64,000 bases of DNA from Octopus sinensis. Taxonomy: Eukaryota. The translations under genes were made by a program, and so were the position numbers. The stretch covers positions 100,378,001 through 100,442,000 of the forward strand of contig NC_043005.1 in NCBI RefSeq assembly GCF_006345805.1, written 5' to 3'. Below the pieces are notes generated by a model, which ran no database searches, was not told the DNA's origin, and saw only the letters and a program-made list of their open reading frames with translations. Positions 36,027-47,739 of the stretch are shown one piece after another. Numbering within the stretch: position 1 is the stretch's first letter; every line of letters begins with the position of its first letter.

Positions 36027-36447
36027 CATATATATATATCTCTCTTTCTCTTTCTCTTTTACTTGTTTCAGTCATTTGACTGCGGCCATGCTGGAGCACC
36101 GCCTTTAATCGAGCAACTCGACCCCGGGACTTGTTCTTTGTAAGCCCAGCACTTATTCTATCGGTCTCTTTTTTGCCAAACCGCTAAGTGACGGGGACGT
36201 AAACACACCAGCATCGGTTGTCAAGCGATGCTAGGGGGACAAACACAGACACACAAACACACACATATATATATATACATATATACGACAGGCTTCTTTC
36301 AGTTTCCGTCTACCAAATCCACTCACAAGGCATTGGTTGGCCCGGGGCTATAGCAGAAGACACTTGCCCAAGATGCCACGCAGTGGGACTGAACCCAGAA
36401 CCATGTGGTTGGTTAGCAAGCTACTTACCACACAGCCACTCCTGTGC
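35541..36447 (-). mobile_element. Two tandem, near-identical full-length family A SINEs (499-bp unit)
   Basis: CTCTCTTTCTCTTTC starts at 35541 and 36040. Both copies share the same deviations from other family A copies (GGCATTGGTTGG, AGCAGAAG, CCCAAGATG). Confidence 0.95.
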
Positions 36448-36481
36448 CTATATACATACATACATACATACATATACATAC

Positions 36482-36547
<66 letters not shown>

Positions 36548-36573
36548 CATATATATATACACACATATATGTG

Positions 36574-36604
<31 letters not shown>

Positions 36605-36689
36605 AGATGTATGTATGTATGTATATATATGTATGTATATATTATTATACACACACACACACACATATATATTTAGGAGTTAGCATAAC

Positions 36690-37430
36690 GGTTTTATTAG
36701 TTTGCCTAGGAGTAAATTGAAGGAAATGGTTAATTTCATTATTAATAGCGCATATATTGCTGTGTCTGATAGGATATCTAAACAAGATAATAGTTTCCCA
36801 ATGGTTTGTAACCCTTTATTAGCTAAAATATATTTGTCTTCATGTGACTTTCGTCTTCTTAGTGATTTATGCCAAAAGAAAACGATTTGTTTAGTTAAAC
36901 AGCTTAGTAGTTGCTGCAGGTATATTGAATATTTTTATTCTTAACTACGATTTGGGGGATAATTTGCTTGTGAAAGTATGTCCAGAAGATCACGTAGCTA
37001 ATAGAAATGTGGAGACAGTGATTAAGGTTAATTTAGATGTTAAGGTAGTTATTATGGATAACAAGGTTATAACCATTGTTTATAATATAAAACTGTTAGC
37101 TTTAATTTTCATTCTGGATCCTTATCTGAGGCACTGAATAGAATTGTGTCTAGAGAAAGGTATAATGGGTTCTCCAGTTAAATTATTAGATACAGCAGAA
37201 TTACAAAGGAAATTGATGTATTTGTGAACTGAGTTAAGCTGTTGACGAAGTGAATGTAAAAACAAGGTTATGATACGAAATTGCTGGTTAAAAGTTTTAA
37301 GTGTGGCTTCAGGAGACATAATGAAGTTTTGAAAAAAATTAGGGGTGATTTCTACTTTAAGCCTTGTAATGAATCTTAGCAATGATTTGTTTAAACATTG
37401 ATTATTGTTGTTGTTGTTGTTTTGCATTTC
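36690..37430 (+). mobile_element. Penelope-like reverse transcriptase fragment, decayed
   Basis: KEMVNFIINSAY..KQDNSFPMVCNPLLAKIYL (KQ..G.PMG motif), CRYIEY (RYIDD-like), then TIVYN..FNF..FSS..IRYSRIT..KQGY, matching the PLE thumb layout. Confidence 0.7.
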
Positions 37431-38430
37431 CTACCACATATTATTAGGTAGGATATCACTTCCACTAGGAACTGGCTTTAGGACTTCCACTCATACATTA
37501 CAATTGGTTTTGATTAGCAGCAGAGTCAGGAGGTAAGTCTTTCCTCACAGCAAATGGGTTCAATGCAGTTTATGGGGAAAATATTTTCGATAGGGTCGGT
37601 TCCTTTTAATTACTATTTTTTGCTTGTTTAAGCATGTTTTATGGGTTGTTCAGTGGCAATGTTAGTTTTAATACATTAATTAATTTAAAACATTTATTAT
37701 CTTTTATATTTTAATCATGGCAATGCCTGTTTTAGTTAATGTTCTTCAATCAATTTATATTGTTCAACGGTTCTAGGAAGATGCATTCCCTTGTTTTTGG
37801 TTGTTTGTTACCATGTAACACAGTAGCAGGTTATTCTTATGGTATTTATTATATTTTACATATTCTATTGATTTATGTTTGTAACTTTGTTTTTGATTTA
37901 TGTGGTTAATAACTTCGATTTACCATGCTTAGTTTGTTTTTGTTTTATAGTTCTTTTGGTAGCATATTTCCATTTTGATTTATTTTCTCTATATTCTATG
38001 CTTATTTTATTTACTTTCTACTTCTGATAGCTAGAGTTACGTGGTGATTTCTGTTCGAAATTTGATATTTGTATTTGTGCTTTGTAAGTATTAGCAGGTG
38101 GCAACTGAATGAACACACTGTACTTGAACTCGGCTCCACTTTCTTGTCAAATATTTCCAAGCAGCTCTTATATATTTGACTCTATGTCATTGGATTGACT
38201 AGTGCTGCCCAGGTGTTGAAACCATAATGATATTTGTTTGGCAGCTGAAGATGGAATGTATAAATTTACTGTGTTTGTTTATTTCCATTTGTTTTACATT
38301 GTGAGCCATTTGTATTTCATATTCTCATTGTTTTGGAGTAGACGTCTATTGAGATTCTAATTCAATAAGCGTTACACTTGTTAAGTGAATTTAGAGGTTA
38401 TGGTGGGCTTGTTGTATGTGTGTATGTATG

Positions 38431-38504
<74 letters not shown>

Positions 38505-38508
<4 letters not shown>

Positions 38509-38905
38509 AATGGTTGGCGTTAGGAAGGACATCCAACTGTAGAAACTCTGCCAGATCAAGATTGGAGCCTGGTGCAGCCATCTGGTTTGCCAGTCCTCAG
38601 TCAAATCGTCCAACCCATGCTAGCATGGAAAGTGGATGTTAAACGATGATGATGATGATGATATATATATATAAATATACATATATATGGCTGGTGCTGG
38701 TGACATGTACAAGCACCTGTGACAGTGACACATAGTAGCACCCATACCGATGACACATAAAAGGTACCTGCTACACTCTTGGAATGGTTGGCATTAGGAA
38801 AGGCATCCAGCTGTAGAAACCAAGCCAAAATCAGACTGGAAGCTGGTGCAGCTCTCTGGCTTACCAGTTCCAGTCAAATTGTCTAATCCATGCCAACATA
38901 GAAAT
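38505..38905 (+). mobile_element. Two family D SINE 3' parts (38505-38661, 38690-38905)
   Basis: GGTTGGC.TTAGGAA.G.CATCCA.CTGTAGAAAC in both; the first has a (GAT)n tail. Confidence 0.8.
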
Positions 38906-40289
38906 GCGCTGAAATTTTAAACATGGATACATGAGAGAGCGGGGTGTTCCGTAATTTAAAAAGATTTTCAAAATTGTTAGTTTAAAGTGAGAATCGCTAT
39001 TTTTGTAATCATTATGTTCTGTTTGTTCTGTTATTAAAACAACCCATTGCTCACACAGCTGTCACATGCCATTTCCCTAGTAACAAGAGGTGTACAAGAT
39101 GACAGTTAGCCAAAACCATCGCTATACTGTCTCAATTCTTTCCTCTCTCTCTGGGCTTAATAATCTTAATCTTTAGTTACAGTTTCCCATTCAAACTACA
39201 TAATAGGCAGAATTGTTGGATTAAGACAGTAGGGTGCTTTGGTGAATATTTAGCTGCTATTTCTACCAGGTCTAGCTACTATGTAGAGGTCTGCCTGATT
39301 GATATTATATATTCCTTATACTTTCCAAAACCGAGTAACAGATTTGACGTATGGAGTATCAAAAGATTCAGTACTATTTTGGCTACAAATTAAACTTAAT
39401 TTTCATTCACATATTTGTACAAGGGAAGTATGTAAAAGTATCTGAACATTGACAAGTGTATTAATTTGATTTACCATCCATATTTATATATAAAATACTA
39501 CAATTAGCCATCATTTTTGACGACATGGAGCCAGCTAGTTTATTTTATAAAATCCTAGATTGTATTGCGAACTTTCGGTCTTGAATTTTTAAACTAATAA
39601 ATGTCTGTTATTTCTAGCAACTCCTGTTGGTTTGTTTGTTCATAGCTTTTAAATATTTAATTTGCTCATGAATGTTTTAATGTTAAATTCATTTGTGTAT
39701 ATTTTAATGTTTTGACTGTTATTTATAGCAATGTTTTGTCATGTTGATGACCCCCCAGCCACTCCTGACGATGGAAGAGGTAGTGAATGTGCTGTTTTCT
39801 GATTGGCTGAAAATTCTGAAAATTATCAAACTTTGAACACCTGTAACATTTTAGCAATATTTTTCTGGAATAAATGAATAACAAATTTGGATTCAGTGTC
39901 ACAAATCACATCTATATGATACATTAAATAATTTTTTTAAAGATAATTGTAAACATTTATGAAAACCACAAAGATCCCAGAGGAAAAATAATAGAAAGAA
40001 CAACAAAAAAAAAAAGAAACAGAAAATAAACCAGTTAATAAATTTATGAAGTAAAATATTTAAGCAATGTGAAATGAGGTTTCATGAAGTTTCATCTCTT
40101 CAACAACATACAAACTTCTCTTGTTTTATGAATTATGTTAAGGAGCAAAACATTGGCTAAGTAACACAACTTTGTAATTTAGAGCACTGGACTACTAACC
40201 TTATGGTTATGAGTTCAGACCTTACATCTACGTATATGTGCGTGCGCGTGTGCATGCATATGCGTTTGTATGTGCGTGTGTATGCACAT

Positions 40290-40640
40290 GGTCGTCAGGT
40301 TGGGACCCCCTTCGGTCATGACACTAACCATGGGATTGCACCTAGAAAGTTACCCTCCTAGTCACAAGTCTGGGCAAGGTGGTTTATGGAAGACCAGCAG
40401 TCACCCATGCATACCGGCCTCACCTCTCCACGCCACTAGTGTTATCCAAGGGAAAGGCAAAGGGGCCGATACAGCTTGGTACCCATGACATTGCAACGCA
40501 TTTCTACAGCTGAGTTAACTGGAGCAATGTGAAATAAAGTGTCTTGGTCAAGAACACAACACACAGCCCGGTCCAGGATTTGAGCTCACAAACTCACGGT
40601 CGTAAGCTCGACGCTCTAACCACTGAGCCATGCACCTTCA
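40290..40640 (-). mobile_element. SINE family C, long copy
   Basis: Reverse complement has the tRNA-like head (GGTGCATGGCTCAGTGGTTAGAGCG..GAGCTCAAATCC) plus an extended 3' body; a related piece lies at 50625-50795. Confidence 0.8.
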
Positions 40641-41006
40641 CGTATGCACATGCATGCATATGTATGTGTACTTCTCTTCCAGATGCACAATAAGAACACC
40701 ATTTGTCCCAGATGATGGAACGGTTACCAGTGATGAGGTCAACTATGCGTAGTCACTTCATGATGGAGTAGTTATCATTAGAAAGGTCAACCCAATATGT
40801 AAGGTCAACCCAATATAGTTGAGCAATTACCAGTAGTAAAAGTCAACCCTGTTTCATCCGTCCATGGTGGATTGGATACCAGTGGTAAGTGTAAGATCAT
40901 TGCAAAAACGAATGTTGTCCAAAAAAAGCAATATATTCAATCCGAAAATGAGTTGAACTCAAATACTGTTTCTTAACACAAGCACCATGTATTTACATGA
41001 GAGTAT

Positions 41007-41372
41007 AATCCACTCACAAGGCTTTGGTCAGCTCAAGGCTATAGTGTCTTCTACTATAGCCTTGAGCTGACCAAAGCCTTGTGAGTGGATTTGGTAGACG
41101 GAAAAGAAGTCCATCGTATATATGTATATATATATGTGTGTGTGTGTCTATGTTTGTGTGTGTGTGTCTATGTTTGTGTGTCTGTGTTTGTCCCCCAACA
41201 TCACTTGACAACTGATGCTGGTGTGTTTACGTCACTGTAACTTAGCAGTTCGGCAAAAGAGACCAATAGAATAAGTACTAGGCTTACAAAGAATAAGTTC
41301 TGGGGTCGATTTGCTTGACTAAAAGTGGTGCTCCAGCATGGCCAAAGTCAAATAAATAAAGCAAGTAAAAGA
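41007..41372 (+). mobile_element. Family A SINE, 5'-truncated, with a perfect 39-bp fold-back at its 5' end
   Basis: 41007-41045 is the exact reverse complement of 41053-41091; the 7-nt loop is GTCTTCT. Confidence 0.9.
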
Positions 41373-41389
41373 GTAAGTCTACAAGCGTT

Positions 41390-41570
41390 TGACATATGAA
41401 ATTCAAAAAAGTGGCCAAGGTATTTGTTGGAGGGAAGGGAGATAATCTTGTGGATGTCTGCTAAGACAGTTGCCTGACGTTGGAGCTTTAATGTGTCCAT
41501 GCCCAGGGAAGGAAGACATTCAGAGTACGGTAGATGCCTGACAGTGGGCACTGGCATTGGCTTTTCTCTT
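41390..41570 (-). mobile_element. CR1/L2-group LINE C-terminal fragment
   Basis: VRHLPYSECLPSLGMDTLKLQRQATVLADIHKII..NKYLGHFF, matching the L.Y.ERL..LGL.TL..RR...DL...YKII motif. Confidence 0.65.
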
Positions 41571-41669
41571 TTTAAGATAGTAGGGGATGGTTTCTAAGAA
41601 GATTTGGTGGTTATTTCTAGAAAGTCAAGCAACTACATAAGTGTTCCTCACCTTCATTTGTTGGGTTAA

Positions 41670-41889
41670 CCCTTTCGTTACTAACCTGGCTGAAACTGCT
41701 TCTGGCTCTGAGTACAAATGTCTTGTTTTCATAAGTTTTGAATTAAAATCTTCCACCAAACCTTAGTCACAATTTATGCTCCTAACACTAACTGAATGAT
41801 AACCAAGTTATTTTACTAAATTCTTTGTTATATTTAAAATAAACGAAAGAAACACAGAGCATCTCAACAGAAATATGGTAACAAAAGGG
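41670..41889. mobile_element. piggyBac-like MITE (220 bp)
   Basis: TTAA (41666-69)|CCCTTTCGTTAC ... GTAACAAAAGGG|TTAA (41890-93). Confidence 0.85.
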
Positions 41890-44273
41890 TTAAAGGTTGT
41901 TGGCCACACAACTCAAAGTCAACACCAGAAGATTATTTCACAGACATTATTAAGAAGGAATATAATAATTAAATAATTACAGCTATAAACAAGTAATCTA
42001 ATTAGAGTGTATCAATTTATTAAACCAATGACATTTGTTGTGAACCACCACCAATGATTGTGTTCTACAACTAATGGCAGGAAATGTAGTTTTAGCTGAA
42101 ACTAGAGAAAAACAGATCAGTAGCAGCTTTAGAAATTATGTTCAAATATGAAAAGAATGAGAATTGGAGGTGATGTCCCAGTAGAGACCATGCCAGCTTT
42201 AGTTACACTTGACTGACTTCGTAACGATGAATGGCTTTTCTTGGTTGTTTATGGGTTATTTTGGAAAGGTGTAAAGGAGCATTGACACAGAGTTCTGAAT
42301 ATGTTAACAGTGGAACTGAATATAAAGAGAAAACATTAATGGTTTTGAAGTTTTCATAATAGCTTATTCTCGAAATTCTCATAGGATGTTAGAGAAATAG
42401 AAAAGCTTCCCAAGCTGAAATGGTCAGTGGCAGTTCAAACGACTCATGTGTTGTGGTTTTACATATTTACATAAAATCAAAGGATTGATACTTTCATGTT
42501 GACAATATGGTGGAGTTTGAAGTTTATTCTATTTGGTAGTTAAAACAACTAAGAAATATTGTTTGAAATTAATGCATGAGAAAAATGGTGTTGCACCAAA
42601 CTATGATGAATAGCTTGTTCAGGTTGAGTTTTACATTCTTTGAAGTGAAATTCTACTCTGTATTACCAGTGTTCCCACCATCCACAATATCAAACACACA
42701 CCACACTGGAATCCTTAAAGAACATGACAACCTGGGAGATGTTGAACTTGCTGGATCAACTTGATTTGTTTTTGGATAAAAGAACAGTCACAAATCAACA
42801 TACTGTTTGTTCCATTCCTAGCATGAGTATTGTAAGAATTTGAATTTATGTCTCTAGCAAACCCACTCTACTTTACTGCATGATTCACTTTACTCCATTC
42901 TTCTACTTTAAAGTGTTGTGGTTTTAACACTATAAATTGGTGTTGAAACTAATAACACCCTGAAATTATTAAGAACTGATCAGTAAACAAATGCATAGAA
43001 AAGTTGCCATTAGCTTGTGTGGACATGTTGTTTCAATAGCAGTGCCCCAGCATGGCCACGTTTCATTGGCTGACATCAGTAACAGGTGAATAAGACACAA
43101 TATAGCAAACTAACAACATCAACTCTACAGCAAATATTACCACATTTCATCTCTTAATCAGAAGATTTCAAGTAATTACTAATTAAGTTTTAATCATTTA
43201 ATTAAAAAGAAAGAAAGAGACAGGGCCTTGTAAATTAGGGACGTTGAAGTGGTAGGTCGACATCTGCAGAGATGGAATATAATACAATTTGTGGTTGGAA
43301 GAATATCTTGATGTAAAAACAATTGATTCTATTAAAAAATCATTTAAACATCCCTGCTTCCTATCACCCAACCCCAAGAGACAATTATACCTAGAATAGT
43401 TCAACAAAATTTCAAACAATAACTTTTTCCACTGATCCTATAATCTTCAGTATTAGCTATTTGACCACAACATTCTAATATCTAGCAGTCACAGTAAGAT
43501 TAAGCTGATGGTATCTAATAAGACTGAAACATGTCTGTAGTTGTCTCTATACTGTCAAAAACTAGACTCACCACTCTGCTCTACATTTGATGTTAATTCA
43601 AATGATCCAGTTGTCTTTCCTACCTTTCTTCACAGAATTAGTTATTAAGATAATAATTTTGTTTTCATTGCTGTAGGTATAATTTTTAATTAATTAGAAT
43701 GTTCTGGCTCACTATGCTAAGTACATTAGTGCCCACTTAATTATTTATTCCCCAACCACTTTACTAATTAAGAGTTCCTGTAGTTTAAATAAAAGTAATC
43801 TAACATCTTCAGACATTCATGACAGCAGTAAACAAACACTGCCAAATATATCGAAATCACAGATCCTCTGCCAATGTTGATATTTAATTTTTTTTCTCTT
43901 TAATAAGTTAAAATAGAAGTGAAGATAGGTTAGATAGCAGTGTGCTGAAACTCTTGTAGGTTTAATATCTTGGGGTTTCAAGTTCAAATCATACTGATGT
44001 TGAGTTAAATTTTTTTATTTATCTTTTTTCTCTGCATCAATAAAACAATATTGACTAAAATGTCACTGTACTAATTTCTTCTATAATTCTCATACATATT
44101 TAGAATTACTAATGACTTTGAAGACTCTAAAAATTTGTTAATTTTGCTAACAATTATTCCAAAAACTATTAGTGTGAATAATTCTGAAATGCAAATACAT
44201 TACATTAAACAAAACATTACATTCTTTGCCATATTTAGCAGCATACAAATCAAAGATTTCAAACCAAAATTTA

Positions 44274-44524
44274 TTGGGTTATTGCATAATTATTGCAGCT
44301 TTTTTAAAACAAATTTTATTCAACAAAAACAATAACAACATATAACGAAAGCATCTTTAAATGATTATTCCGGAGCATATTCACCATCTACTTCAATTAC
44401 TGCTTCCCATTTGCTTGGCAGACAGTCAGACCGTCATTTAAAGATGTTTTTGTTAAATATTGTTATTGTTTTTGTTGAATAAAATTTGTTGGAAAAAAGC
44501 CACAATAATTATGCACCAACCCAA
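44274..44524. mobile_element. mariner-derived MITE (251 bp) with ~70-bp TIRs
   Basis: TA|TTGGGTT.TTGCATAATTATTG... and ...CAATAATTATGCACCAACCCAA|TA. The interior encodes a mariner-like C-terminus on the minus strand (LPSKWEAVIEVDGEYAPE*). Confidence 0.85.
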
Positions 44525-44664
44525 TATATCCAAAAAGGAAGGTCTACTTAGAGATCAAGATGACTTTGGAAGAGCAAAAATTCCATGTGAAATCCATCAA
44601 GAATTGGAAAGATAAAGACAATAATGTTCGAATGTTTACACTATGTTATACTATATTGACTTCA

Positions 44665-44925
44665 CAGCATGGTACCTTGGGCAAGTGTCTTCTACTGAGT
44701 GTGGCCATGCTGGAGCACCGCCTTTAGTAGCATGCTTACCAACCACATGGTCCTGGGTTCAGTCCCACTGCGTGGCACCTTGGGCAAGTGTCTTCTACTG
44801 AGTGTGGCCATGCTGGAGCACCGCCTTTAGCAGCATGCTTACCAACCACATGGTCCTGGGTTCAGTCCCACTGCGTGGCACCTTGGGCAAGTATCTTCTA
44901 CCATAGCTTCGGACCGACCAAAGCC
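44665..44925. repeat. Tandem 103-bp units of a chimeric (antisense tail + sense head) family A SINE
   Basis: GAGTGTGGCCATGCTGG starts at 44697 and 44800. Confidence 0.9.
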
Positions 44926-45180
44926 TTGTTATCCTCATTCTGTAAACGTTGGCTTCATTAATGGGAGAGCTGAACCATCCTGGAGTAGAGAGGATTCGCA
45001 ATCTAGACTAGGGTCTGAAAGTTAACCACACCATAGTGGGTTACACCATGGTTCCTCTGCTTTGTGGCAGAAGTAGGAAGAAAGATTGACAGAAAGAAAA
45101 AAAAAAAGATAAAGAAAAAAGATTGAGAGAAAGTTGTGGTGAAAGAGTACAGGGGGTTCACCCCACCCCCACCAGAGCCT
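44925..45180 (-). mobile_element. Unclassified ~250-bp repeat (element Y), inverted partner at 47272-47500
   Basis: GGTGAACCCC.CTGTACTCTTT..CAGAGGAACCATGGTGTAACCCACTATG..AACTTTCAGACCCTAGTCTAGATTG occurs in both copies. Confidence 0.8.
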
Positions 45181-45443
45181 CCTGGAGCGTCTGTGTCTTT
45201 GCTCAATAAACTCTCATAATGCCCAGTCTGGGAATCAAAACCACGTTCTTATGACCGTGAGTCTGCTGCCCTAAACACTGGGCCATTGCATCTCCACTGC
45301 TGTTGCTAATGATGATGATGATAATGATGAGGAGGAGGTAGATGGGGATGAAATCTACCAAAATTTATAAATATTGTCCCAAATATATGCTGTAAATGTG
45401 AACGTAATAGATATTTAGACATTTAATATATGAACATATTTTC

Positions 45444-45536
45444 AACTCCCTGGGAAGCAAACTTCAATCAGACAGAAGGTGATTCTATTCTATAGAATCA
45501 CCTTCTGCCTGATTGAAGATTGCTTCCCAGGGAGTT
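45444..45536. repeat. 93-bp near-perfect palindrome (44-bp arms, 2 mismatches, 5-nt loop)
   Basis: Arms 45444-45487 and 45493-45536; mismatches at 45472/45508 and 45461/45519. Confidence 0.95.
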
Positions 45537-45548
45537 AAAAGTATATTT

Positions 45549-45977
45549 AAGGTGGCGAGCTGGCAGAAACGTTTGCACGCTGGGCGAAATGCTTATTGGT
45601 ATTTCGCCTGCCGTTACGTTCTGAGTTCAAATTCTGCAGAGGTCGACTTTGCCTTTCATCCATTCGGGGTCGATATATTAAGTACCAGGTATGCACTGGG
45701 GTCGATGTAATCGATTAATCCGTTTGTCTGTCCTTATTTGTCCCTTCTGTGTTTAGCCCCTTGTGGGTAGTAAAGAAATAGGTATTTAAAGGTGGCGAGC
45801 TGGCAGAAATGACACGCCAGTTCAAATTCCGCTGAGGTTGACTTTGCCTTTCATCCCTTCGGGGTCGATAAATTAAGTACCAGTTACACACTGGGGTCAA
45901 TGTAATCGACTTAATCCCTTTGTCTGTCCTTGTTTATCCCCTCTATGTTTATCCCCTTGTGGGTAGTAAAGAAATAA
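45549..45977 (+). mobile_element. SINE family B dimer
   Basis: Two AAGGTGGCGAGCTGGCAGAAA heads (45549, ~45789), each with a family B tail. Confidence 0.9.
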
Positions 45978-46284
45978 GAAGGTGATTCTATAGAACACCT
46001 AACTGCCAATCTAACATCTACTGAATTTTTGGTTAGATATCATGAAACTAAGCTTACATTTTCTTCTGCCATTTATTTAGCTGAAATATATTGGTATTCA
46101 GTAAAAATACAAATGTTTATGCAAATGTATTTAAATATATTTGCATACATTACATTTAATTTAATTTTACAGGAATAATTAACCACCAAGTTATTGTTTG
46201 TAGTTAATCTGTGGGATAACATTTGTACATCAGACTTTTGTCCTTGTAATTCTTTGACTGAGGACTAAGTATTGAAAGAGAGAA

Positions 46285-46634
46285 ACTTGATGTTGAGAGA
46301 GAGAGTGGGGGCGGGGAGAGTGACTGGGAGAATGACAAGAGGGGGAGTGAATGGGAGAGAGACAAGAGGAGGAGTGAATGGGAGAAAGAGAGATGAAATG
46401 AGAGAAACAGTGAGATGAGAGAGAAAGAGAGATGAGATGAAGGAGAGAGATGAGATGAGAGCGATGAGATGAGAGAGAGATGAGATGAAACGAGAGAGAG
46501 AAGGAGGGAGAGAAATGAGTGAGATGAGATGAGAAAGAGAGAAGGAGAGAGAGAAATGAGAGAGAGAGAGAGAGAAATGAGAGAGAGAGAAATGAGAGAG
46601 AGAGAGATGAGATGAGAGAGAGAGGAGAGAAAAT

Positions 46635-46666
<32 letters not shown>

Positions 46667-46860
46667 AGATCAGAGAGAGAGATGAAATGAGAGAGAGATG
46701 AGATGAGAGAAAGAGATGACATGAGAGAGAGATGAGATGAGAGAAAGAGATGACATGAGAGAGAGATGAGAGAGAGATGAGATGAGAGAGAGATGAGACG
46801 AGTGAGATAGAGAGAGAGGTGAGATGAGAGAGAGAGAGAGGGAGAGAGAGAAATGAGATT
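46285..46860 (+). repeat. ~570-bp (GA)/(GAGAT)-rich polypurine tract
   Basis: Directly visible. Confidence 0.95.
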
Positions 46861-47271
46861 TGGTGAATAGAACAATGTAATTATCCCGTATAAAAAGGAA
46901 GTCTGAAAAACTACCATTATGAAGAGAGTTTCACTGCTACCAGGGCAGAAATTGCTGTCTGCGAGTGCGAGCCCCACGAGTCAGAGTAGCTGGTCCGGTG
47001 CATCACCCTTGCTACCATCCAGGGCAAGGCCTTTTCCATTTCGTCTGCTGGTGCTATGAGAAATATTTCTATATTGTGAGATGTAAAATTCTCTGTATTT
47101 CAGTAAAGGGCAAAAAAAAAAAAAGCCATCAGAAAATTACATTATCTGTCTGTCTGTCTGGCTTATAAAGCAAGTTGTTCAACAAACCAACCACTCAGTC
47201 ACTGACAAGCAACAATGAAGCTACACCATACAGCAACAGCAACAGCAGCAGCAGCATGAGGCTCCGGCAGG

Positions 47272-47500
47272 TGGGTGGGTGGGTCGGTGAACCCCGCTGT
47301 ACTCTTTGCCACAACTTTCTCTCAATCTTTCTTCCTACTTCTGTCATGAAGCAGAGGAACCATGGTGTAACCCACTATGAAGTGGTAAACTTTCAGACCC
47401 TAGTCTAGATTGTGAATCCTCTGTAACCCAGGATGGTTCAGCTCTCCACCCATTAAAAAGCCACCGTTTATGGAATGAGGATAGCAACATAGCTTTCACA
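47272..47500 (+). mobile_element. Element Y, copy 2
   Basis: Reverse-complement match to 44925-45180. Confidence 0.8.
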
Positions 47501-47603
47501 CCCATGCAACCACCAGTCTGTCGCGTGTGGTGGGTGGATCTTCAAGTTGCCACATGCATTCTTAGTAGCTTTTCTTTGTGGCTAATGGTGTGAGTCCTGA
47601 TTG

Positions 47604-47720
47604 GAAGAAGAAGAAGAAGAAGAAGAAGAAGAAGAAGAAGAAGAAGAAGAAGAAGAAGAAGAAGAAGAAGAAGAAGAAGAAGAAGAAGAAGAAGAAGAAG
47701 CAGCAGCAGCAGCAGCAGCA
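47604..47720 (+). repeat. Pure (GAA)32 followed by (GCA)7
   Basis: Uninterrupted GAA at 47604-47699, GCA at 47700-47720. Confidence 0.95.
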
Positions 47721-47739
47721 ACCCTTTCTGCTATTGGCA

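Noticed and set aside
40560-40640. tRNA-like sequence (also the SINE heads at 2291-2438, 6551 and the family A/B heads)
   Set aside because: Box A/B only; no complete cloverleaf or acceptor stem, and it continues into SINE bodies.
40735-40830. Cluster of AGGTCA nuclear-receptor half-sites
   Set aside because: Mostly explained by a short local tandem duplication (AAGGTCAACCCAATAT x2).
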